Positions 8,378-15,856 of a DNA stretch of 25,256 nucleotides are shown here, in pieces. The stretch's first letter is position 1; the number at the start of each line of letters is the position of its first letter. This DNA comes from Candidatus Woesearchaeota archaeon (GTDB taxonomy: Archaea > Nanobdellota > Nanobdellia > SCGC-AAA011-G17 > PNOQ01). The stretch spans positions 1 to 25,256 of the forward strand of contig JBDRML010000038.1 in the NCBI GenBank assembly GCA_043812195.1, given 5' to 3'. A program made the position numbers and the translations under genes. Below the pieces are notes generated by a model. That model was given only the letters and a program-made list of their open reading frames with translations. It was not told the DNA's origin and did no database searches.

Positions 8378-9385
8378 ATGGCATACATTTACAAAAAAAC
8401 TATTAATAATAAATCATATTATTACTTAAGAATCTCAAAAACCATTAAAGATAAAACTATCGTAAAAGATATAGCTTATTTAGGCAATGATCCAAAACAA
8501 ATCGAACCAAAACTAGAAAAGTTGTCATCTATTTATAAAAATGAAATAAAAAAATCATATAAAAATATAAATAAATTTATACAAGGAGAATATTATCTTA
8601 AAAAAATTAAAGGAAAAAAATTAAAGAAAGACCCTTATTTTGATAAAGAAATTTTAGAACAAATAGAAGCCATAAAATTACATTATAACAATCATTTTCT
8701 AAAACAAAACCAAATAACAATAAAAGAAGTATATAAACAATTTTTAATAGATTTTGCCTATAACACAACCTCTCTTGAAGGAAATACGATAACGTTACAA
8801 GAAGTCAATAAATTGTTAAGTGAAAATCTTACTCCAAAAAATAGAACGTTAAGAGAGATCTACGACTTAAAAAACACAGAAAAAGTTTTTTTTAATTTGT
8901 TAGACAAAAGAAATGCAATAAATCATGAGCTAATTAAAGAGATTCACAAAAATTTAATAGAAAACATTGATAACAGAACAGATTATAGAACTTTTGATTT
9001 GCATGTCTTTAAATCAAAATTTAAATCTTCTCCATTTCAATATATTAAAACAGACATAGATTTATTGTTAAAACTATACAAAAAATACGAGAAAAGATTA
9101 CACCCATTAGTTCTAGCAGCTATATTTCATCATAAATTTGAAGAGATACATCCTTTCGCCGATGGTAACGGTAGAACTGGAAGGATATTGATGAATTACA
9201 TTCTAATTAAAAATAGTTATCCCCCAATAATAATTAAAAAAATTAAAAGAGGAAAATATTTGGATTCACTAGGAAAAGCAGATAAATCAGGATTGGGCAA
9301 AATAGATTCTAATTCTTACAAAGAACTAGTTTCATACTTAAGTTCTGAAATGTTAGATAGCTACTGGAATTTATTCAACATATAA
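8378..9385 (+). CDS. fic: Fic-family protein (class II, AMP transferase) with N-terminal extension
   Basis: Catalytic motif HPFADGNGRTGR; inhibitory motif TTSLEGN upstream of the core. Confidence 0.93.
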   Translation: MAYIYKKTINNKSYYYLRISKTIKDKTIVKDIAYLGNDPKQIEPKLEKLSSIYKNEIKKSYKNINKFIQGEYYLKKIKGKKLKKDPYFDKEILEQIEAIKLHYNNHFLKQNQITIKEVYKQFLIDFAYNTTSLEGNTITLQEVNKLLSENLTPKNRTLREIYDLKNTEKVFFNLLDKRNAINHELIKEIHKNLIENIDNRTDYRTFDLHVFKSKFKSSPFQYIKTDIDLLLKLYKKYEKRLHPLVLAAIFHHKFEEIHPFADGNGRTGRILMNYILIKNSYPPIIIKKIKRGKYLDSLGKADKSGLGKIDSNSYKELVSYLSSEMLDSYWNLFNI

Positions 9386-9423
9386 TTACCCCTTAGATTT
9401 ATTTTATCAAGATTAAAGGGTAA
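9386..9423. repeat. 38-bp palindromic site right of fic
   Basis: TTACCCCTTA-N18-TAAAGGGTAA beginning at the base after the fic stop codon. Confidence 0.85.
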
Positions 9424-9467
9424 GCCTCAGGAGGGAGTTATCTCAAAGATATTATAGTGGAGGCTTA
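9421..9467 (-). repeat. Copy B of tRNA-Thr 3' end within a hairpin-capable site
   Basis: AAGCCTCAGGAGGGA (9422-9436) identical to 10294-10308; TAAGCCTC...GAGGCTTA 8-bp inverted repeat. Confidence 0.85.
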
Positions 9468-9516
9468 ATTAAAATTTATTTTGGTTAGAAAAAATAAAAG
9501 GATAAAATAAATTTAT

Positions 9517-9831
9517 TCAAAAATTCCAATAACCTTTTTGTCTAAGTTTTTCCATTTGTTCATCACTTAAAGGAACTCTTCCTCGGTATGCTGCTACGAC
9601 TTCATCGTTCTGATAAATTACGTCTCCTGAATCCCTTACCCTTATTTCTTCAATTCCACTAAAACTACCAACAAATGGTTCACTTGCAATATTTTTTAAA
9701 TTAATATATTTTTCAGGTTCAAAAGAATCAACCAAACCCTTTTCAGTGTATCTCTCTAAAACACCGCCTTTTTTTCTAGTAACGTCTACTTCAACTTCAA
9801 CGCCCAAAATATCTTTCGCATTTTTTGCCAT
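9517..9831 (-). CDS. Hypothetical protein (104 aa), cassette cargo
   Basis: ORF with GGGGG SD, BRE-TATA (GAAAGATTTATAAA) upstream and T-rich tract downstream. Confidence 0.8.
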   Translation of the reverse strand: MAKNAKDILGVEVEVDVTRKKGGVLERYTEKGLVDSFEPEKYINLKNIASEPFVGSFSGIEEIRVRDSGDVIYQNDEVVAAYRGRVPLSDEQMEKLRQKGYWNF

Positions 9832-9926
9832 TTTTCCCCCTTTAATACATAAATATGATACATTTATAGAGCATCTTTCCTTTATAAATCTTTCTATTCG
9901 TAACTACTTATAAGAAGTAAAAAATC

Positions 9927-9967
9927 AGCCTCGGGAGGAACTTATCAATTAATGGACATATGGGGCT
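9927..9967 (-). repeat. Copy C of tRNA-Thr 3' end within a related hairpin-capable site
   Basis: AGCCTCGGGAGG 11/12 to tRNA end; first 20 nt 17/20 identical to copy B including non-tRNA TTATC; ends in GGGGCT. Confidence 0.75.
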
Positions 9968-10013
9968 ATAGAAATGGGTGTGGGATTGACAAAAAAAGAA
10001 AAGAATTAATTAT

Positions 10014-10235
10014 TTAAAGTTTACGTTCGAGAGGGGAAATACGAACTTCATGAAATACAGATCTTTTATCAGCATTGATTATTAATCTATGTCTAACTTC
10101 GCTAACACGAAAACCTTGCAGTTCTTTGTCTTGTTGATCTACTTCATAAATATCTCCCTTTCTCGGGAGAACATCATCTTGAACATTTAAGATTATTCTT
10201 CCATTATTTGTATAAATCAAATCATATTCTATCAT
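10014..10235 (-). CDS. Hypothetical protein (~73 aa), cassette cargo
   Basis: ORF; ATG at 10235 preferred over TTG at 10247 because it follows a GGAGG SD; T-rich tract downstream. Confidence 0.75.
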   Translation of the reverse strand: MIEYDLIYTNNGRIILNVQDDVLPRKGDIYEVDQQDKELQGFRVSEVRHRLIINADKRSVFHEVRISPLERKL

Positions 10236-10294
10236 TTTATCCTCCAACCACCCAAATTAAGTATATACCAAAAACTTAAAAAGTTTACTAAAAA

Positions 10295-10379
10295 AGCCTC
10301 AGGAGGGATTCGAACCCCCGACCTGCTGATATCTTGAATTTTTTACAAGTCAGCTGCTCTACCGCTGAGCCACTGAGGC
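10295..10379 (-). tRNA. tRNA-Thr(TGT) with 13-nt intron at 37/38
   Basis: GCCTCAG/CTGAGGC acceptor stem, GCTGA/TCAGC anticodon stem, CT-TGT-A, intron AAAAATTCAAGAT with perfect CTTG/CAAG central helix, GGGGG-TTCGAAT-CCCTC T arm. Confidence 0.95.
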
Positions 10380-10420
10380 CTAACACAAAAATACAGTCAA
10401 AAACATACTTAAAAACTTTT

Positions 10421-10990
10421 CTACTTTCTATAAAACATTCTAATTTCAAATGATTGCAAAGGATAAATTTTACTTAAAGCACCCTTAAGAGACTTCTGTA
10501 AAGTATATCCAATGATAGAATCATACATCTCACTAACAGTTTTTTTCTTAAATTCACCTTCAACTAATTTTTTCAATTCTGCTTTCATACCCTTAGATAA
10601 TTGACCTTGAACTTTAGATTTAGTAACAAAAAATACTTTAAAAACACAATCAACACCATCTTTAGATTTTAATTTATAACTAATATCTAACTTACTTTTA
10701 CCCTTTCTTACCAATCTTTTTAAATAAGAACTTAAAACATAATAACCAATAGGTTCAGCTATTGCCTTGCCTTCTACAACTTTCTTTACTTCAAAAACCA
10801 ATCTAACATTAGGATTTCTACTCTTAGATACAATCATCATATCAACATTCAACCTTTTACCAATCAAATTACTTTCTTCAGAAACATAACTCTCTCCAAC
10901 TTGAGAGCCCCCAAACTCTTTAGATACATAAATTTCATACCATTTCTTTTTCTTCTTAGTTAATTGAACTCTTTTCCTTTGACTAGCCAT
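10421..10990 (-). CDS. rps3ae: 30S ribosomal protein S3Ae (eS1)
   Basis: KKKWYEIY...FG...VGE, LKRLVRKGKSKLD, SKIYPL...EIR motifs; operon context. Confidence 0.92.
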   Translation of the reverse strand: MASQRKRVQLTKKKKKWYEIYVSKEFGGSQVGESYVSEESNLIGKRLNVDMMIVSKSRNPNVRLVFEVKKVVEGKAIAEPIGYYVLSSYLKRLVRKGKSKLDISYKLKSKDGVDCVFKVFFVTKSKVQGQLSKGMKAELKKLVEGEFKKKTVSEMYDSIIGYTLQKSLKGALSKIYPLQSFEIRMFYRK

Positions 10991-11026
10991 ATCAGTTTTG
11001 AGAACTAGGTTTATTTTTAAAGCTTT

Positions 11027-12412
11027 CTATCTTGTAATTTTATCTAAAATCTTCTTAGCACTCTCAACAAATCTATTTAATTCTTCCTGTGGCAAAATTG
11101 CACCAGCAGCAAATGCATGTCCACCAACTTCACTAGGAATTCCTTTAGCAATCTTATCCAATACAGATTTTAAATCCAAACCATTATTATACCCACTAGC
11201 TCTAATGCTAATTTTTATTGTATCATCTATACAATTGGCAATTGACAATAAAATAGTCCCATCTTTATACAAATTAGATCTAGAAATAATAGAAGCTATA
11301 GTTCCAATTAAAGTATCTCTAATATTCTCCTCAGAATTAATAATCACATAACCATCTTTTTCATAAATAAGTTCACTCTCTCTATTAGCATAAAACCAAT
11401 TCAATGAATTTATTATCTCTCTCTTATAATCACTCAACAAATTTAAGGCCAACTCTTTACTTTTTTCATCTCCTAAACAAACTCCAATACCCAAACTAGG
11501 TTTTCCCAATCTACCACAAGCATTCAACAAAGTAGAAAATTCTCTCAAATCCCTAGTTGAACTACCATCATCCTCCCCTTTTAATAGATAAATATCACCA
11601 ATCACATCCTGTTCAGGATTTTTCTCTGCTCCCATTCTTCTCAAAATTATAGCAGTAGTCAATCTCTTAATTTCTTCAGTAGTCAAATGTATTAATTTCT
11701 TAGGACCTTCAAAACCCTTTAAAGAAATCCCTATATCTCTCAAAAAACCAATAGATGCCCCTTCATCACCAGTAACTCCTGGAATAAAAGGATCAGTACT
11801 ATACTGTAATATTTTATGAATGGGTCTAGTCTGAGCACCAAACATTCTCAACCCTTTTTTAACATCAAGATTCTCTTTAGCATCTTCAAGTATTTCAGCA
11901 TTCAATCCCTTAAATCCATTAACAGCTTGTATATCTCCAATAGCACCAAGTAAAGCTAAATGTGCACTTTTAATATTTCTCTCATTTAAGAACTTAGAAA
12001 ATAAATAAGAAACTCCTGCACCAGATATTTCATTCTCATCCTTTTTATATACAAGAGGATTTATAAAATGAATATTATCATTAAGTTCCACATCAGCAAA
12101 TAAATGATGATCTAAAATAAAAACCTCTTTACCTTTTAATAAGTCATTAATACTTTTCAAACCACCAGAACCTAAATCACTAAAAATAACAGTTTTATAA
12201 TTCTCAGATGCAACCTCTTTAATAACATCTTCAGTCAAAGATCTAACTATACTTAAATTAAAAGGTCTATCCTCATTATACATTGCTCTAGTTAAAATAG
12301 CAGCAGAACTCAATCCATCACAATCGAGATGAGAGATAATTCTAACAGGACCTTCAGTTCCCTTAAAATATTCAACCCCCTTCTTTATAGCCGAGATGAA
12401 ATCCATTATCAT
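11027..12412 (-). CDS. DHH-family phosphoesterase, archaeal RecJ/Cdc45-like (GAN-type) nuclease
   Basis: SHLDCDG, SDLGS, LDHH, EISGAG, GAIGD and GGHAFAAG (DHHA1) motifs; lies between rps15 and rps3ae. Confidence 0.9.
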   Translation of the reverse strand: MIMDFISAIKKGVEYFKGTEGPVRIISHLDCDGLSSAAILTRAMYNEDRPFNLSIVRSLTEDVIKEVASENYKTVIFSDLGSGGLKSINDLLKGKEVFILDHHLFADVELNDNIHFINPLVYKKDENEISGAGVSYLFSKFLNERNIKSAHLALLGAIGDIQAVNGFKGLNAEILEDAKENLDVKKGLRMFGAQTRPIHKILQYSTDPFIPGVTGDEGASIGFLRDIGISLKGFEGPKKLIHLTTEEIKRLTTAIILRRMGAEKNPEQDVIGDIYLLKGEDDGSSTRDLREFSTLLNACGRLGKPSLGIGVCLGDEKSKELALNLLSDYKREIINSLNWFYANRESELIYEKDGYVIINSEENIRDTLIGTIASIISRSNLYKDGTILLSIANCIDDTIKISIRASGYNNGLDLKSVLDKIAKGIPSEVGGHAFAAGAILPQEELNRFVESAKKILDKITR

Positions 12413-12864
12413 CCAGTTAATAATTTAGCTTTTTCAGCATCATACTTCCAATCTTTAGAAAGCTTTCCATTAGATTTATAATATTTAACAAGCCTATTAA
12501 TTTTGCTTTCAGTTAACATCAACCCTCTTTTAGCAACAACATCTTTATGATTATCATTCAAATGTTTATCCACTTGAATTTGTCTTTTGATTAAATTTGA
12601 TAAATCTTCAGGCAATTCATGCTCAATTTTATTCTTCTCTAACATTTTAGTTATTCTTTCATTTGTTACAATCTTAACATCAGGAATACCATAAGAATCT
12701 CTCAATATTAAACCTATTTCACTAGCCCTCTTTCCAGCCTTGCCTAATTTTACTATTAAGCTCTCTATCTCCTTAACACCATATCTAACCCAGGCTTTCT
12801 TCTTAACCATTTCATATCTTTCACTTCCACTTTTTCCTTTCTTTCTTGAATGCATTCGTGCCAT
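12409..12864 (-). CDS. rps15: 30S ribosomal protein S15 (uS15)
   Basis: MARMHSRKKGKSGS, IGLILRDSYGIPDVK, LPEDL, ESKINRLVKYYK. Confidence 0.97.
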   Translation of the reverse strand: MARMHSRKKGKSGSERYEMVKKKAWVRYGVKEIESLIVKLGKAGKRASEIGLILRDSYGIPDVKIVTNERITKMLEKNKIEHELPEDLSNLIKRQIQVDKHLNDNHKDVVAKRGLMLTESKINRLVKYYKSNGKLSKDWKYDAEKAKLLTG

Positions 12865-12873
12865 TTTTATGTG

Positions 12874-12925
12874 TACAGAAATAGGTTAATCTATTTCTGG
12901 TATAAGCAAGCTTTCACTAACTTAT
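12874..12925 (-). promoter_or_regulatory. Two-hairpin structured element upstream of rps15 (candidate ribosomal leader)
   Basis: mRNA sense: AUAAGU-U-AGU-GAAA-GCU-U-GCUUAU then CAGAAAUAG-AUUAAC-CUAUUUCUG ending 11 nt before AUG. Confidence 0.55.
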
Positions 12926-12952
12926 CCTTCAAAAAAAGAATAAAATATTCAT

Positions 12953-13210
12953 TTATAAAGCTTTGTATACTTTATCACCTGGTCTTACCTTATTTTTAAC
13001 ATACACACCAACAGATTTTCCAGCAGGAACTTCATCAACTTCCTTACCATCTATTTGCATAGACTCAATCTCCTGCTCAAAATCAGTATTCTGTCCTTTT
13101 ATATGAATTGTGTCCTCAACCATTAGACAATCACTAGTAACCTCTATAGCAGCAACACATATCTTGTCAAAATATTTGAAAATATTTTCAACTTCTTTTT
13201 CAGATATCAT
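12953..13210 (-). CDS. Small translation-factor domain II-like beta-barrel protein
   Basis: KYFDKICVAAIE, DTIHIKG..TDFEQEIESMQID, GKSVGV...KVRPGDKVYK pattern (EF-Tu domain 2/U32 C-terminal-like). Confidence 0.75.
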   Translation of the reverse strand: MISEKEVENIFKYFDKICVAAIEVTSDCLMVEDTIHIKGQNTDFEQEIESMQIDGKEVDEVPAGKSVGVYVKNKVRPGDKVYKAL

Positions 13211-13290
13211 ATTACTATAAATTTAGTATAAGAAATATTTAAACATTATGAAACAACACACGCGAAATAGATAAAACAAAATATTTATAT

Positions 13291-13316
13291 ACTATAGCCA
13301 CTATAGTAACTATAAC
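13291..13316 (+). promoter_or_regulatory. Candidate operator of toxin-antitoxin operon
   Basis: ACTATAG-CC-ACTATAG-TA-ACTATAAC, three 9-bp-period repeats between TTTATATA box and ATG. Confidence 0.6.
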
Positions 13317-13526
13317 ATGGCATCCACAATCCAATTAAGCAATGAGACAAAAAGCCTAATATGTACTTTCGGCACTAAAGAAGACACATATGAAGACATA
13401 ATCAAAAGGCTATACAAACTCGCAATAAAAGAACAATTAAGAGAATTCTTGATGTCTTCAAAGAATACTATTTCATTAGAAGAAGCAAGGCAAAAGCATA
13501 ACAAAAGATGGCAAAAGTCGAAATAG
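13317..13526 (+). CDS. Putative antitoxin (ribbon-helix-helix-like)
   Basis: STIQLSNETK...TYEDIIKRL beta-alpha-alpha pattern, C-terminal ISLEEA motif; overlaps downstream toxin-like gene. Confidence 0.7.
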   Translation: MASTIQLSNETKSLICTFGTKEDTYEDIIKRLYKLAIKEQLREFLMSSKNTISLEEARQKHNKRWQKSK

Positions 13527-13849
13527 TTGAAAGTCTATTTGAAGAAATTGAAAAAAGATTTAAGAAAAAAGCTACAGTAATATTTGATTTAATGGAGTCT
13601 CTAGAAAAAAATCCTAAGAAAGGAAAATCTATAGGAACTGTAGGAGGAATAATTATAAAAGAAATCAAATATGAAAATTTTAGATTCTATTTTATAGCAG
13701 ACGGTTTTAAGCTTAAATTTTTAAGAGAAGATGAACTCATAGATATTTTAATTAGATTTGTAAGAATGTCAGACAAAAAAAATCAGCAAGAAACAATAGA
13801 TGAAATAAAACACATTCTAAAAACAATCGGCCCGAGTGAATTTAAATAA
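13508..13849 (+). CDS. Putative RelE/ParE-like toxin
   Basis: 113 aa; LEKNPKKGK, KEIKYENFRFYFI pattern; second gene of small bicistron. Confidence 0.6.
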   Translation: MAKVEIVESLFEEIEKRFKKKATVIFDLMESLEKNPKKGKSIGTVGGIIIKEIKYENFRFYFIADGFKLKFLREDELIDILIRFVRMSDKKNQQETIDEIKHILKTIGPSEFK

Positions 13850-13922
13850 TAGCCCCGCCAGGATTCGAACCTGGGTCACTGCCTCCAAAGGGCAGTATGA
13901 TGGACCACTACACTACGGGGCT
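13850..13922 (-). tRNA. tRNA-Gln(TTG), no intron
   Basis: AGCCCCG/CGGGGCT acceptor stem (A1-U72 typical of archaeal tRNA-Gln), CTGCC-CT-TTG-GA-GGCAG, CCAGG-TTCGAAT-CCTGG. Confidence 0.96.
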
Positions 13923-14021
13923 AATAAGAATTAAGACAAATATAATACTTTTTAAAGTTTCTCCTTTGCAAACAAAGCTATACAAAAACTTTTTAAACAA
14001 TTTGTTATTAACCGCAACAAA

Positions 14022-15149
14022 ATGAAAACATTATTAATCATTCCTAATGACAGCATGCAACAATACATCGATAAAGGATATTCAGAAAGAGAAAGAACAA
14101 CATATTTTAATCCAGACTCTTTTTTTGATAAAGTAGATGTTCTGAGTTGGAAGGAAGATCAAGAATCAGAATATGCTGGCATAAAAATCCATCCTTTTTT
14201 AACTAAACATAGAGAAGCTATTTCAGATTCATTAAAAGACTCCAACTATTCCACCTTTTTGCACTTAATAGAAGATAATATTGATGAACTATCCAGAATA
14301 ATCCAAAGAACAAACCCAAACATCATAAGAGGATATAACGGAAACTGGGCAGCTTTCTTAAGCGGTTATATTGGAAGAAGATACTCTATTCCTTCATTAG
14401 CATCCGTACATGATCAATATTCAACTAGAATCGATTCACTAAAAGAAGTGGATTTAGTGCTATGTATATCAGATGTTGTCAAAGAAACATGTAGAGATAT
14501 AGGAATATTAGAAGATAAATTAGTAGTGGCTCAGGAAGGAATAGATTTAAATTTATTCTATAAAAGGGAAGGAAAAGAAGTAGATACCATATCATTAGAA
14601 TTTCCAGGAACTCACAAAATACTATCAGTAGGAAGATTATGCAAAGAAAAGAATCTTGAAAACTTACTCAGAGCAATAGCAATAGTCAACAAACATCTGC
14701 CAGGAGTTATCCATATTCACGCAGGAATTGGATATTTACAAGATAAAATACAACAGCAAATATTAGACTTAGGACTAAAAAACACAACTCACCTATTAGG
14801 CACAATACCTCAAGAAGAACTACCTGCTTACTATTCATGGGCAAAAGTTTTTATCCTATCATCAAAAACAGAAGGATTAGGTAATGTACTCATTGAAGCT
14901 CTAGCATGCGAAACACCTGTTATCACATCAAATATCCCACCAATGAACAATATAATAACAAACAAATTCAATGGATTAACAGTCAACCATACTGATCCTA
15001 ATGACATTGCCCAAAAAACCATAGAGTTACTTACAGATAATCATCTTTATTCTATAACTAAGTCAAACGCAAGAAAAAGTGTTCAAGACTATAGCAAAAT
15101 TAAAAGAGCTAAAGAAGAAGCTAAAATCTACGAGGAGATGTTAAAATGA
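14022..15149 (+). CDS. Glycosyltransferase family 4
   Basis: ILSVGRLCKEKN; EGLGNVLIEALACETPVI (Ex7E). Confidence 0.92.
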   Translation: MKTLLIIPNDSMQQYIDKGYSERERTTYFNPDSFFDKVDVLSWKEDQESEYAGIKIHPFLTKHREAISDSLKDSNYSTFLHLIEDNIDELSRIIQRTNPNIIRGYNGNWAAFLSGYIGRRYSIPSLASVHDQYSTRIDSLKEVDLVLCISDVVKETCRDIGILEDKLVVAQEGIDLNLFYKREGKEVDTISLEFPGTHKILSVGRLCKEKNLENLLRAIAIVNKHLPGVIHIHAGIGYLQDKIQQQILDLGLKNTTHLLGTIPQEELPAYYSWAKVFILSSKTEGLGNVLIEALACETPVITSNIPPMNNIITNKFNGLTVNHTDPNDIAQKTIELLTDNHLYSITKSNARKSVQDYSKIKRAKEEAKIYEEMLK

Positions 15150-15856
15150 AAGCTAGCATAATAATGCCAGCATATAATGTAGAAAGATTTATTGGTTATA
15201 ATCTAGAATCAATAAAAAATCAAGACTTCCCATTAAATGAACTAGAAATCATCATAGTAAACGATGGTTCAACAGATAAAACTGAAGAGGTTATAACAAG
15301 ATATATAAGAGAAAATGGTGTAGATATCAAATATTCAAAACAAAATAATTTAGGAATATCTGCAGCCAGAAATAAAGCAATGAGCATTGCTAGTGGCGAT
15401 GTTTTGTTCTTTGTAGACGCTGATGATTTTATACATCCTAGCTGTATTAGAGAATGCGTAGAAGCACTAGACAGACATCCTCAAATCGGGTTAGTTTATT
15501 CAGATCATGCTAAAATAAACGAAGAAGGTGAAATCATAGAGTACGAATTAAAACCAGATTGGAACTTTAAACATTTCTCAACTTTTAGATATAACTTCGT
15601 TGGTCACATTAAAGCAGCTAGAACAAATGCAGTCAAAGGAATTTTATTTGATCCAGATTGCCCTTACGCAGAAGACTTTGACTGGTTACTAAGAGTAGCT
15701 GAAAGCGGTGTAGAATTCCTACATCTGCCAAAAGTTTTATATTATTGGAGGAGATACCCTGAAAGTATTTCATTTAGAACTACAAAAGAGGTGAGGAATA
15801 ATCTAACGAAAAAAGTCAAAGAGGAATCTAAACGCAGAAGAAAAACAGGATCATGA
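15146..15856 (+). CDS. Glycosyltransferase family 2
   Basis: SIIMPAYN, VNDGSTD, GISAARN, FVDADD, EDFDW. Confidence 0.93.
   Translation: MKASIIMPAYNVERFIGYNLESIKNQDFPLNELEIIIVNDGSTDKTEEVITRYIRENGVDIKYSKQNNLGISAARNKAMSIASGDVLFFVDADDFIHPSCIRECVEALDRHPQIGLVYSDHAKINEEGEIIEYELKPDWNFKHFSTFRYNFVGHIKAARTNAVKGILFDPDCPYAEDFDWLLRVAESGVEFLHLPKVLYYWRRYPESISFRTTKEVRNNLTKKVKEESKRRRKTGS

Larger units (their letters stand above)
7359..10308. mobile_element. ~2.9-kb tandem island/cassette array at the 3' end of tRNA-Thr(TGT); no integrase present
   Basis: Three direct repeats of the tRNA 3' end (7359, 9422, 9927) enclosing accessory genes. Confidence 0.7.

Noticed and set aside
9421-9467. Copies B/C as split-tRNA halves or tRNA pseudogenes
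   Set aside because: They lack the T-loop (TTCGAA), D arm and anticodon arm; only acceptor-stem and partial T-stem sequence is present.
9838-9850. CCCTTTAATACAT identical to 8312-8324 in the left fic palindrome
   Set aside because: No partner arm at the 38-bp spacing, and the C-run is explained as the SD of the 104-aa gene; may be chance, kept only as a weak hint.
7359-10308. Repeats considered as a CRISPR array
   Set aside because: Spacing is hundreds to thousands of bp, units contain genes, repeats match a tRNA end, and no cas genes are present.
13250-13316. Possible att duplication of the tRNA-Gln 3' end bounding the TA pair
   Set aside because: Only TAGCC (5 bp) matches; not significant.
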